Below are positions 10,829-19,475 of a stretch of 32,000 nucleotides of DNA, one piece after another; the first letter of the stretch is position 1, and every line of letters begins with the position of its first letter. The notes under the pieces are model-generated. The model searched no databases and had not been told where the DNA came from. It was given only the letters and a program-made list of their open reading frames with translations. The stretch covers positions 2,730,001 to 2,762,000 of the forward strand of contig NZ_LN831024.1 of NCBI RefSeq assembly GCF_001457615.1, written 5' to 3'. The DNA is from Pseudomonas aeruginosa. Its GTDB lineage: Bacteria; Pseudomonadota; Gammaproteobacteria; Pseudomonadales; Pseudomonadaceae. A program made the position numbers and the translations under genes.

Positions 10829-12829
10829 ATGAGAGTCGACCTGGACGCCGAGGGCGTCGCCGCCGAATCGCTGCCGCGTTTCCAGCAGGCGCCCCGGCAG
10901 TTGCGCCAGCTGTGGCGATGGGCAGCGGCCAGCGTCGCCTTGGCCGCCGCCTGCGCCGTGCTGGGGTTCTTCATCGGCCTGTTCGCCGCCGACTCGCTCT
11001 GGCCGCCGCTGCTGTACAACCTCGGCGCGGCCTGGCTGGTCCTGTTCGCCGGTCTGCACGCGGCCTACCGGGTCGCGGCCTGGCGTTGCGTGGTCCTCGG
11101 CGCGGAGGCCAGCGCGCGGCCTGCCTGGCTGCGCTGGCAGCGGGACGAACCCGACGCCACCGCCGACAGCGCCTATGAACGGCTGCTGGAGCGCCTGGGC
11201 CAGGCCATCGCCCACGGCCTGGCCCAGCTCGGGCACGCTGCGCTGTGGCTGGCGGCGAGCGCGGCGCTGGCGTTGTGCTTGGTAGCCGCCGGCTGGCGTC
11301 TCGACCTGCCGCCGGCCAGTTCCGGGCAAGCGGCCGACCTCGCCATCGGTATCTGCCTGCTGCTGGCCTTCGCGGTGCTGGTGCTGGAACGTCGCCTCGC
11401 CAGCCAAGGGCCGGCGCAGTGGCCGGAAGCCCCGGTCCTCGGGCAACTGGCGCGGGCGTTGATCGGTACCCTGGTGCTGGCCGCCCTCTGTCTGTTCCTG
11501 GCTCGCCAGGGACACCCCTGGGCCCCGCGCCTGGCGGTACTGCTCGGCCTGTTGCCGGCGGCGCTGGCGCTGGAGTTGCTGGGCAGGGCGATCCTGGCGA
11601 TGTTCGCGCCGCAGCGTGCCGGCCTCGAACCGCGCCTGGTCGCCACCAGCCTGCTGGCCGACCTGTTGCGCTGGCCGCCGCGTCCCCTGCAGCGTCTGCA
11701 GCATGAGTTGCACCAGCGCTTCGGCATCGACCTGCGCCAGGTCTGGGCCTTCGGTTTCATGCGGCGGGCGTTCCTGCCGGTGCTGGCGGTGGTGTCGCTG
11801 AGCGGCTGGCTGCTCAGCGGCGTACGCGAGATCGGCATGGATGCACGGGGTGTCTACGAGCGCTTCGGCAAGCCGGTCGCGGTGCTCGGCCCCGGCCTGC
11901 ACCTGGGGCTGCCCTGGCCGCTGGGGCGGGTGTTGGCGGTGGAGAACGGGGTGGTCCACGAGTTGGCCACCAGCGTCGCCGCCGGCGACGGCGGAGCCGA
12001 GCCGCTCGCGCCCGCCGAAGGTCCGGCCCCGGATAGCGCCAACCGCTTGTGGGACGCCTCCCACGTCAGCGAGAAATCGCAGGTCATCGCCAGCCTGGCC
12101 GACCGTCGGCAGAGCTTCCAGATCGTCAACATGGACGTGCGCATCGTCTACCGCATCGCTCTCGACGACGCGGCAGCGCTGGCGGCGACCTACCGCAGCG
12201 CCGACGTGCCGACGCTGGTGCGCAGCACCGCCAGCCGCGTACTGGTGCATGCCTTCGCCTCGCGGACCCTCGATGAGGTCCTCGGCGAGCAGCGCGCGGG
12301 CCTGGCCGAGCAGATCGGCCAGGCCGTGCAGGCCGATCTCGACCGCCTCGGCAGCGGCGTCGAGGTACTGGGCGCGGCGGTCGAGGCGATCCATCCGCCG
12401 GCCGGTGCGGCGAACGCCTACCACGCGGTGCAGGCCGCGCAGATCACCGCCCAGGCGCTGATCGCCCGCGAGCGCGGGCAGGCCGCCGCGCAGCGCAACG
12501 AGGCGCAACTACAGGCCAGCGTGGCGCACGACCGGGCCAGCGCGCAGGCCCGCGAGACCCTGGCCGCCGCGCAGGCCGCCGACCGGCGTTTCGCCGCCGA
12601 GCGGGAAGGCTATGCCGACGCCGGCCAGGCTTTCCTGCTGGAGGCCTACTACCGCCAACTCGGACGCGGCCTGGGCAAGGCCAACCTGCTGCTCATCGAC
12701 CACCGCATCGCCGGCGCCGGCGCGCCGACCATCGACCTGCGCAGCTTCGGCCTCGGCCGCCTGGATTCCCCGTCTTCGTCCCGTCCGTCCGCCGCTCCGG
12801 CGTCCGCGGCCGGGCAATCCGCACCATGA
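10829..12829 (+). CDS. SPFH/band-7 (HflK-like) protein with a ~330-aa polytopic N-terminal membrane domain
   Basis: The start is placed at ATG 10829 (MRVDLDAEG) with a GGAG SD at 10820-10823. Multiple hydrophobic segments fill the first half. They are followed by an SPFH core (GVYERFGKPVAVLGPGLHLGLPWPLGRVLAV, FQIVNMDVRIVYRI, AIHPPAGAANAYHAVQAAQ) and an Ala/Gln/Arg-rich coiled-coil tail. Confidence 0.85.
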   Translation: MRVDLDAEGVAAESLPRFQQAPRQLRQLWRWAAASVALAAACAVLGFFIGLFAADSLWPPLLYNLGAAWLVLFAGLHAAYRVAAWRCVVLGAEASARPAWLRWQRDEPDATADSAYERLLERLGQAIAHGLAQLGHAALWLAASAALALCLVAAGWRLDLPPASSGQAADLAIGICLLLAFAVLVLERRLASQGPAQWPEAPVLGQLARALIGTLVLAALCLFLARQGHPWAPRLAVLLGLLPAALALELLGRAILAMFAPQRAGLEPRLVATSLLADLLRWPPRPLQRLQHELHQRFGIDLRQVWAFGFMRRAFLPVLAVVSLSGWLLSGVREIGMDARGVYERFGKPVAVLGPGLHLGLPWPLGRVLAVENGVVHELATSVAAGDGGAEPLAPAEGPAPDSANRLWDASHVSEKSQVIASLADRRQSFQIVNMDVRIVYRIALDDAAALAATYRSADVPTLVRSTASRVLVHAFASRTLDEVLGEQRAGLAEQIGQAVQADLDRLGSGVEVLGAAVEAIHPPAGAANAYHAVQAAQITAQALIARERGQAAAQRNEAQLQASVAHDRASAQARETLAAAQAADRRFAAEREGYADAGQAFLLEAYYRQLGRGLGKANLLLIDHRIAGAGAPTIDLRSFGLGRLDSPSSSRPSAAPASAAGQSAP

Positions 12830-13860
12830 GGAGAGCGCTCTTGAGCCTCGGTCACTCCCACTCGCACAGCCACCACGAGCATCATCACGATCACGATCAC
12901 GATCACGGCCATGGCGCACAGGCCGCGCCGCCCTGGCGCCGGCTGCTGGTCGCCGCGCTGCTGGTGCTGTTCGCCGTCGCCGCCGCTTGCCTGGTGCAGG
13001 TACGTTCCGGCGAGGCGATAGTCATCACCCGTTTCGGCAACCCGGCGCGGGTCCTGCTCGAACCGGGCCTGGCCTGGCGCCTGCCGTTGCCGTTCGAGAG
13101 CGCGATCCCGGTCGACCTGCGCCTGCGCACCACCTCCAGCGGCCTGCAGGACGTCGGCACCCGCGATGGCCTGCGGATCATCGTCCAGGCCTACGTGGCC
13201 TGGCAGGTCCAGGGCGACGCCGACAACGTGCAGCGCTTCATGCGCGCGGTGCGCAACCAGCCGGACGAGGCTGCCCGGCAGTTGCGCACCTTCGTCGGCT
13301 CGGCGCTGGAAACCACCGCCAGCGCCTATGACCTGGCCGACCTGGTGAATACCGAGGCGTCGCGGGTGCGTATCGGCGACTTCGAAGCGCGCCTGCGCGA
13401 ACAGATCGACCATCAGTTGCTGGCGACCTACGGGGTCAAGGTGGTGCAGGTCGGCATCGAGCGCCTGACCCTGCCCAAGGTGACCCTCGGCGCCACCGTC
13501 GACCGCATGCGCGCCGAGCGCGAGACCATCGCCACCGAGCGTACCGCCGAGGGCCGTCGCCAGGCCGCGGAGATCCGTTCGGCGGCGGAGCGCGACGCCC
13601 GGGTGATCCAGGCCGAGGCTTCGGTGAAAGCCGCGGAGGTCGAGGCCCAGGCACGGGTCGAGGCGGCGCGCATCTACGGCAAGGCCTACGCCGGTTCGCC
13701 GCAGCTATACAACCTGCTGCGCTCGCTGGACACCCTCGGCACCATCGTCAACGGCGATACCCGGCTGGTCTTGCGCACCGATGCCGCACCGTTCCGCGTG
13801 CTGGTCGACGGGCCGCCGGCGCTCCCCGCCGAAGCGCCGGCCAACGGGCGCCGGCCATGA
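12826..13860 (+). CDS. SPFH/band-7 (HflC-like) protein with a His-rich N-terminal tail
   Basis: Its ATG overlaps the upstream stop (ATGA at 12826-12829). The N-terminus reads GHSHSHSHHEHHHDHDHDHGHG and is followed by one TM segment (LLVAALLVLFAVAAACLV). The SPFH core follows (GEAIVITRFGNPARVLLEPGLAWRLPLPFESAIPVDLR). Confidence 0.9.
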   Translation: MRRALLSLGHSHSHSHHEHHHDHDHDHGHGAQAAPPWRRLLVAALLVLFAVAAACLVQVRSGEAIVITRFGNPARVLLEPGLAWRLPLPFESAIPVDLRLRTTSSGLQDVGTRDGLRIIVQAYVAWQVQGDADNVQRFMRAVRNQPDEAARQLRTFVGSALETTASAYDLADLVNTEASRVRIGDFEARLREQIDHQLLATYGVKVVQVGIERLTLPKVTLGATVDRMRAERETIATERTAEGRRQAAEIRSAAERDARVIQAEASVKAAEVEAQARVEAARIYGKAYAGSPQLYNLLRSLDTLGTIVNGDTRLVLRTDAAPFRVLVDGPPALPAEAPANGRRP

Positions 13861-14897
13861 GCGGCGAAGCGCACGAGGGGCTGCGCAGCCCCTGGCTGCA
13901 GGCCGGACGCCTGGCGTTCCTCGCACTGTTCGGCGTGACCCTCCTGGCGGCGCTGGCCTGGGCGTTTTCCAACGTCCGTCAGATCGGCCCGGAGAACCGC
14001 GCCGTAGTGCTGCGCCTGGGCGCGCTGGAGCGCCTGGCCGGTCCCGGCCTGCTGCTGGCCTGGCCGCAGCCGCTGGAGCAGGTGGTGCTGCTGCCGTCCG
14101 CCGAACAGGTGATCGAACGCCGCGTCGAGGGCCTGCTGCGTTCCGAGCAGGCGCGTCGCGCCGATCTCGACGTCAGCCTGTCCAGCGACGCGCTGGCCGG
14201 CTCCGGCTACCTGCTGACCGGCGACGCCGGGGTGGTGCAACTGGACGTGCGGGTGTTCTACAAGGTCGACGACCCGTACGCCTACGTCCTCCAGGGCGCC
14301 CACGTGCTGCCGGCGCTGGACCGGCTGGTGGCGCGCAACGCCGTGCAGGTCTGCGCCGCGCGCGACCTGGACACCATCCTGGTGGCGCGCCCGGAGTTGC
14401 TCGGCAACGACAGCGCGGTCGCCGAGCGCCGCGAACGCCTGCGCGGCGACCTGGTGCAGGGCATCAACCACAGCCTGGCGGCGTTGGCCGCGGCCGGCAG
14501 CGGGCTGGGCATCCAGGTGGTGCGGGTCGACGTGCAGTCGAGCCTGCCGCGCAATGCGGTAAGCGCCTTCAACGCGGTGCTGACCGCCAGCCAACTGGCC
14601 GAGCAGAACGTCGCCAAGGCGCGCACCGAGGCGGAGAAACTCACCCAGGCCGCCACCGAGGGGGCCGACCGCACCCTGCAGCTCGCCCGCGCCGAGGCCG
14701 GCGAACGGCTGGCCCAGGCGCGCCGCGACACCGCCAGCATCGTTGGCCTGGCCCCGGCGCTGGGCGCGACCGATGCCGGCCTGCTCTGGCACCTGTACCG
14801 CGAACGGGTGCCGGCGATCCTCGGCAAGGCCGGTTCGGTCGGCAGCGTCGATCCGCGCGACGATGGCCGCCTGATTCTGCAAGGTGGGCAGCCATGA
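13857..14897 (+). CDS. Third SPFH/band-7 family protein
   Basis: An ATGA overlap occurs at 13857-13860. The protein has an N-terminal TM segment (LAFLALFGVTLLAALAWAF), then ENRAVVLRLGALERLAGPGLLLAWPQPLEQVVLLP and GDAGVVQLDVRVFYKVDDPYAYV, and an Ala-rich coiled-coil region. Confidence 0.85.
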   Translation: MSGEAHEGLRSPWLQAGRLAFLALFGVTLLAALAWAFSNVRQIGPENRAVVLRLGALERLAGPGLLLAWPQPLEQVVLLPSAEQVIERRVEGLLRSEQARRADLDVSLSSDALAGSGYLLTGDAGVVQLDVRVFYKVDDPYAYVLQGAHVLPALDRLVARNAVQVCAARDLDTILVARPELLGNDSAVAERRERLRGDLVQGINHSLAALAAAGSGLGIQVVRVDVQSSLPRNAVSAFNAVLTASQLAEQNVAKARTEAEKLTQAATEGADRTLQLARAEAGERLAQARRDTASIVGLAPALGATDAGLLWHLYRERVPAILGKAGSVGSVDPRDDGRLILQGGQP

Positions 14898-15050
14898 GCC
14901 GCTGCCCGACGGTGCCCTTCGCGGGCTGTGAAACAATGGACGGACAAGCGAACGTGAAACGGCTACCCTGCGTCGGCATCAACCTTCGGTACGCGCTTCC
15001 GCCAGCGGAACGCGGCGCCGAGTCGAACAACCAGGCGAACGGGACGGGCA

Positions 15051-15485
15051 ATGACGGCAGGCGGTATTCCATTCACGGGCAACGGTGCGCGGCTATCACC
15101 CGGCAGGGCCCTGCTGTGCGGGCTGGCGCTGTTGCTGTGCGGCGGCGAGGCGCTGGCGCGGCAGTTGCCGAGCGACATGCTGGTGGGCTTCGTGGCCAGC
15201 GCGCAGTACCCGGTCATCACCCTGAAGAAGCCCAAGCAGAGCCTGCTGCGCAGCGTGCTCACCCTGGGGCTGGGGAAGAAGACCGTCAGCTATTCGGTGG
15301 CGCCGTCGGTGCGCATCCGCACGGCGCAGAACCTGTTCATCGTCTATGGCCGCATGCCCCAGCTCAAGGGCAGTTTCGTCGGCCTGAAGAGCGACAACAA
15401 CGGGCAGGTCAAGCAGATCTGGGAGCTCACCGAGAAGGAAGCCCTGGACTACGTACGCCGGCCGGACGCGCGCTTCCCGCAATAG
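15051..15485 (+). CDS. Hypothetical secreted protein (signal peptide)
   Basis: 144 aa with very high GC3 and typical codons. A predicted signal peptide reads ALLCGLALLLCGGEALA followed by RQ. ATG 15051 is the only start codon after the in-frame stop at 14955. Confidence 0.7.
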   Translation: MTAGGIPFTGNGARLSPGRALLCGLALLLCGGEALARQLPSDMLVGFVASAQYPVITLKKPKQSLLRSVLTLGLGKKTVSYSVAPSVRIRTAQNLFIVYGRMPQLKGSFVGLKSDNNGQVKQIWELTEKEALDYVRRPDARFPQ

Positions 15486-15513
15486 CCGCCGCGGCTCGCC
15501 CCGGGAGGTGCGC

Positions 15514-17499
15514 ATGAGCGAGCCGACCGCCCACGGCAGCCATGGCGGCTGCGCGCATCACCATCATCACCTGCCGTTCGGCGGCGGCCTGCTCAGCCGC
15601 GACGAGCAGCGCCGCGCCGCGCGCCAGCTGAGCCTGGCGATGCTCGCCCTCGGCCTGTTGCTGCTCGGCCTGGCCTGGCGCTGGCTGGCGGCGGACCAGG
15701 CCGGGGTCAGCCAGATCCTGCTCGGCGTCGCGTCGCTGCTGGTGGCGCTGCCGGTGGCCCGCTCGGCCTGGGACAGCCTGCGGCATCCGAGCCTGCACGG
15801 CGTCACCGACCAGTTGATCGCGCTGGCCATGCTCGGCGCCTGGGCCAGCGGCGACCTGCTGACCGCCGCGCTGCTGCCGATCATCATGATCTTCGGCCAC
15901 GTGCTGGAGGAGCGCAGCGTGATCGGCTCCCAGGAGGCCATCGCCGCCCTCGGCGAGCTGACCCGCAGCCATGCCCGGCGGATCGAGGCCGACGGCAGCC
16001 TGAGCGAGGTGGACAACGCCAGCCTGCGAGCGGGCGACCAGGTGGAAGTGCGCGCCGGCGACCGGGTTCCGGCCGACGGGCGGGTCCTGCAGGGCCAGGC
16101 CAGTCTCGACACCGCGCCGATCACCGGCGAGTCGGTGCCGCTCGAGGTGGCGCCGGGGATGGAGGTCTACGGCGGCGCGATCAACCTCGACGGCCTGCTG
16201 CGCATCGAGATAACCCGTACCGGCGAGGCCTCGACCCTGGGCAAGGTGATCGGCCTGATGCAGCAGGCCGAGCGCGCCAAGCCGCCGATCACCCGCCTGC
16301 TGGAGCGCTACGCCGGGCAGTACATGTTGCTGGTGTTGCTGATCGCCGCGGTCACCTGGTTCGTCACCAACGATGCCCAGGCCATGCTCGCCGTGCTGGT
16401 CGCCGCCTGTCCCTGCGCCCTGGTGCTGTCCGCCCCGGCCACGGCTATCGCCGGGATCGCCGTGGCCGCCCGTCATGGCATCCTGATCCGCAGCTCGGCC
16501 TTCCTCGAGGAACTGGCGGACCTGACTTCGCTGGTGGTCGACAAGACCGGCACCCTGACCCATGGCAGCCTGCGCCTGCAGGCGCTGCGCCTGGCCGATG
16601 CCGCCGAGGAGGCGTCGGTGCTGCGCCTGGCCGCTAGCCTCGGCGCCGCCAGCAGCCATCCGGTGAGCCGAGCGCTGGCAGCCCTGGCGGCGCACGATGC
16701 CTATCATCCATTGAGCGATATCCGCGAACGCCAGGGGTTCGGCGTGGTCGCACGAACAGCGGCGGGCGAAGCCGCCCTCGGCCGGCCCGAACTGTTCCAG
16801 CAACTGGGCATCGACGCCAGCGAGGTGCCGGAGCATGAGGGACCGATCGCCGGAATCGCCCTGGACGGGCGCTTCCTCGGCTGGCTGCTGCTGGCCGACA
16901 GCGTACGCGCGGAGGCCGCCGAGGCCCTGGCCGATCTGCGCGAACTGGGTCTGGGCCGGCAACTGTTGCTGACCGGCGATCGCCGGGCGGTGGCCGACGC
17001 CGTGGCCAAGCAGGTGGGGATTCGCCAACTGGTGGCGCAGGCGTTGCCGGAGGACAAGCTGCGCCAGGTCGGCGCGGAGATCGGCAGCGGTTTCCGGCCG
17101 ATGGTGGTCGGCGACGGCATCAACGATTCGCTGGCGCTGAAGGCCGGTGTGGTCGGGGTGGCAATGGGCGCCGGCGGCGCCGACATCGCCCTGGCCTCGG
17201 CGGATATCGTGCTGATCGGCAGCGACCTGCGCCGCCTCGGCACCTGCGTGCGGCTCAGCCGGCAATGCCGGCGGACCCTGCAGGTCAACGTGGCGATCGG
17301 CCTCGGCTGGACCCTGGCGATCGTCGCCGCGGCAGCCTTCGGCCTGCTCGGCGCGGCCGGGGCGATGGTCGCGGCGCTGCTGCACAACCTCAGCACCTTG
17401 CTGGTGCTGGGCAATGCCGGACGCCTGCTGCGTTTCGAGGAGCCCCTCGGGCAGCCCCGGCCGGCCGTGGAGGGACGCGAAGAGGAGGGTACACCGTGA
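15514..17499 (+). CDS. hmtA: P1B-type heavy-metal transporting ATPase with a His-rich N-terminus
   Basis: ATG 15514 has a GGGAGG SD 5 nt upstream. The transmembrane CPC motif is at 16408-16416, the phosphorylation motif DKTGTLT starts at 16540, and the hinge GDGINDS is present. The N-terminus reads HGSHGGCAHHHHH. The symbol comes from my recollection that this locus (PA2435) is HmtA. Confidence 0.93.
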   Translation: MSEPTAHGSHGGCAHHHHHLPFGGGLLSRDEQRRAARQLSLAMLALGLLLLGLAWRWLAADQAGVSQILLGVASLLVALPVARSAWDSLRHPSLHGVTDQLIALAMLGAWASGDLLTAALLPIIMIFGHVLEERSVIGSQEAIAALGELTRSHARRIEADGSLSEVDNASLRAGDQVEVRAGDRVPADGRVLQGQASLDTAPITGESVPLEVAPGMEVYGGAINLDGLLRIEITRTGEASTLGKVIGLMQQAERAKPPITRLLERYAGQYMLLVLLIAAVTWFVTNDAQAMLAVLVAACPCALVLSAPATAIAGIAVAARHGILIRSSAFLEELADLTSLVVDKTGTLTHGSLRLQALRLADAAEEASVLRLAASLGAASSHPVSRALAALAAHDAYHPLSDIRERQGFGVVARTAAGEAALGRPELFQQLGIDASEVPEHEGPIAGIALDGRFLGWLLLADSVRAEAAEALADLRELGLGRQLLLTGDRRAVADAVAKQVGIRQLVAQALPEDKLRQVGAEIGSGFRPMVVGDGINDSLALKAGVVGVAMGAGGADIALASADIVLIGSDLRRLGTCVRLSRQCRRTLQVNVAIGLGWTLAIVAAAAFGLLGAAGAMVAALLHNLSTLLVLGNAGRLLRFEEPLGQPRPAVEGREEEGTP

Positions 17500-18041
17500 G
17501 GCAGGCGCAAACGCGACGCAACGGCTGGCGCTGGCTGGCCCTGGCGGTCGGCACGCTGTCCGCGCTGAGCCTGGCCGAGGCGTCGATGGCGCGCTGGCCG
17601 GCGGGCTGGCAGGTCAGCGACCTGCCCGCCGCGCAGCCCGGCCAGGCCGGCGCCGGCCAGCGCCAGCGCGCGGTCAAGTTGCAGGCAGACGGCTCCCAGG
17701 CACTGGTGATGGAGGTGACGCGGATGCCCCTGCAGAGCGGGCAGGCAGTGAACCTGGAGAAAGTCCTCGGGCACATGCGCAAGCTGGTGCAGATCGAGTT
17801 CCTGCGCAACGGCCTGCAGACCGCCTGCACCTCGCCGCAGCCGTCCACCACCGGCGGGCTGGCGGCGCTGGAGACCACCTGCACCATTCGCCAGCGCGGC
17901 GCCGTGGTGATGAAGCAGACCTTGCTCGCCGCGGCCGGCAAGACCTCGGCCTATTCGCTGTCCTATGCCGGCCTGGCCGAGGCCTACGACGCCAGCCAGG
18001 CGGAAATCCGCGCGGTACGGGAAAGCCTGCGCTTCGAGTGA
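17496..18041 (+). CDS. Hypothetical secreted protein, translationally coupled to the ATPase
   Basis: The GTG start overlaps the ATPase stop (GTGA at 17496-17499), and an AGGAGG SD lies 7 nt upstream. A signal-peptide-like N-terminus reads WRWLALAVGTLSALSLAEA. The protein is 181 aa. Confidence 0.65.
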   Translation: MRQAQTRRNGWRWLALAVGTLSALSLAEASMARWPAGWQVSDLPAAQPGQAGAGQRQRAVKLQADGSQALVMEVTRMPLQSGQAVNLEKVLGHMRKLVQIEFLRNGLQTACTSPQPSTTGGLAALETTCTIRQRGAVVMKQTLLAAAGKTSAYSLSYAGLAEAYDASQAEIRAVRESLRFE

Positions 18042-18079
18042 GCGAAATCGGACGCGGTCGGGGCGGGGGCTGGAGTGTC

Positions 18080-18158
18080 GGCGGATAACGCCTGCGGCGC
18101 TATTCGCCCTGCGGAGGGTCGCATTGGGGTAGGACGGATAACCGCTTGCGGTTATCCG
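18080..18158. repeat. Two tandem REP-like palindromic elements between convergent genes
   Basis: The first is an imperfect hairpin, GGCGGATAACGCC (18080-18092) with GGCGCTATTCGCC (18096-18108). The second is near-perfect, 18135-18158 CGGATAACCGCttGCGGTTATCCG, and is preceded by GTAGGA. This is typical REP architecture. Confidence 0.5.
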
Positions 18159-18176
18159 CCTTGCGTCTGTCGCGGA

Positions 18177-18446
18177 TCATTTCTTGCCGGTGTTCTGCAG
18201 GATCTGCAGGGCCTGGGTGGTGGCGGTGATGCAACCTTTGGTGTCGCCGCTGGCCTGGTCCTGCCTGGCCTTGGCCTGGAGTTCCTTGACCTCGGTGACC
18301 CGCGCACCGGTGACCGAGGTCTTGCCGCGCACGGCGAGGATATCGTCCAGCTTCTGCAGGTTGGCGCCGCACAGGTCGGTGCTTTCGGCGGCTTGGGCGG
18401 TGCCGCCGAGCAGGGCGGCGGCGATGAGCAGGGTACGCACGATCAT
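18177..18446 (-). CDS. Small secreted hypothetical protein (89 aa, two Cys)
   Basis: The start is placed at ATG 18446 (MIVRTLLIAAALLGGTAQA, then AESTD) with an AAGGAG SD. The N-terminus is a clear signal peptide. Confidence 0.7.
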   Translation of the reverse strand: MIVRTLLIAAALLGGTAQAAESTDLCGANLQKLDDILAVRGKTSVTGARVTEVKELQAKARQDQASGDTKGCITATTQALQILQNTGKK

Positions 18447-18560
18447 GGCAGTTCTCCTTTGTGGGCCGAGTGGCCGGACGGGGGAGAGACGACAGGCTCC
18501 TGGGAGTCTTCTCCGCATGCCCAGTATCTGACCGGAGCCTCGCGGGAATGGTTCGGTCGC

Positions 18561-19475
18561 TCAGCCGTTGCCCCAGGGCGGGATCGACAGCGCCTGCTGG
18601 AGATGCTGGATGAACGCCTTGACCTTCGGCGACATCGCCGCCGCCCGCGAATACATCGCGTAGATCACGTCGTCGAGTGGGCGCAGGCCGGGCGCGGCGT
18701 CCACCAGGCGGCCGTTCTTGAGGTCCTCGGCGACGATGAACAGCGGCAGCAACGCCAGTCCCTGGCCGCGCAGGGCGGCGTCGCGCATGGCCTGGCCGTT
18801 GTTGCTGCTGAAGCGTCCGCGTGGCGAGACGGCACGGGGCTTGGCGCCGGGGAACGCCGGTTCGAAGGTCCAGACCTGGCTCGGCGTGGCGTTGTTGTAG
18901 CCCAGGCACTCGTGCTGCATCAGTTGTTCGAGGGTGTCCAGCGTGCCGTGGCGTTCCGCGTAGTCGGGGCTGCAGCAGACCACCCGCTGGCTGTTGGCCA
19001 GCGGCCGGGCGATCAGCGAACTGTCGTCCAGGCGGGTGACGCGGATGCTCAGGTCGTAGCCTTCCTTCTCGAAGTCGGTGAGGCGGTCGTCCATCTGCAG
19101 GACGATCTCCAGGCGCGGGTGCTGGCTCATGAAGTCGGCGATGATCGGCGACAGCCAGAGGGTGCCGAAGCTCATCGGGGTGACGATGCGCAATTCGCCG
19201 CACAGGTCGTTCTCGCGCAGGGCGACGATCTCCGCGGCGTTGTTGAGTTCCTGCAGCGAGGCCTTGGCGGCCTTGTAGAAGAAATGCCCGGCCTCGGTCG
19301 GCTCGACGTTGCGCGTGGTGCGGTAGAGCAGGCGGACGCCGAGGCGTCGTTCGAGATCGCTGACACGCTTGCTGATCACCGACTTGGACAGGCTCATGCG
19401 CTCGGCCGCCGACGTCACGCTGTTGAGTTCGGCGACGTTGAGGAAGGCTTCGATATCGTCGAAACGCAGGCTCAT
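18561..19475 (-). CDS. bexR: LysR-family transcriptional regulator
   Basis: The N-terminal HTH reads FLNVAELNSVTSAAERMSLSKSVISKRVSDLERRLGVRLL and is followed by a LysR effector domain. The start is placed at ATG 19475; the track start at 19487 is a GTG. The symbol comes from recollected synteny (PA2432) and was not verified. Confidence 0.88.
   Translation of the reverse strand: MSLRFDDIEAFLNVAELNSVTSAAERMSLSKSVISKRVSDLERRLGVRLLYRTTRNVEPTEAGHFFYKAAKASLQELNNAAEIVALRENDLCGELRIVTPMSFGTLWLSPIIADFMSQHPRLEIVLQMDDRLTDFEKEGYDLSIRVTRLDDSSLIARPLANSQRVVCCSPDYAERHGTLDTLEQLMQHECLGYNNATPSQVWTFEPAFPGAKPRAVSPRGRFSSNNGQAMRDAALRGQGLALLPLFIVAEDLKNGRLVDAAPGLRPLDDVIYAMYSRAAAMSPKVKAFIQHLQQALSIPPWGNG

Noticed and set aside
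14894-15517. An ATG at 14894 overlaps the stop of the third SPFH gene (ATGA) and opens a frame that stays open for 208 codons across the 144-aa secreted-protein gene
   Set aside because: An ATGA at a TGA stop is expected by chance fairly often. Beyond 15051 the alternative frame 15051-15485 has much better codon usage and a signal peptide, so the 14894 frame is probably non-coding there. I cannot exclude a short coupled peptide or a frameshift, but nothing in the sequence, such as a slippery site, supports either. A GTGAAAC direct repeat (14928-14934, 14954-14960) was noted in the same gap without interpretation.
10766-17774. Long shadow ORFs across the SPFH/ATPase cluster (10766-12508 minus, 13686-14936 minus, 13781-15517 plus, 15427-17385 minus, 16704-17774 minus)
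   Set aside because: They overlap genes with clear SPFH or P-type ATPase motifs. Their products are repetitive Arg/Gly/Ala/Gln strings without recognisable domains.
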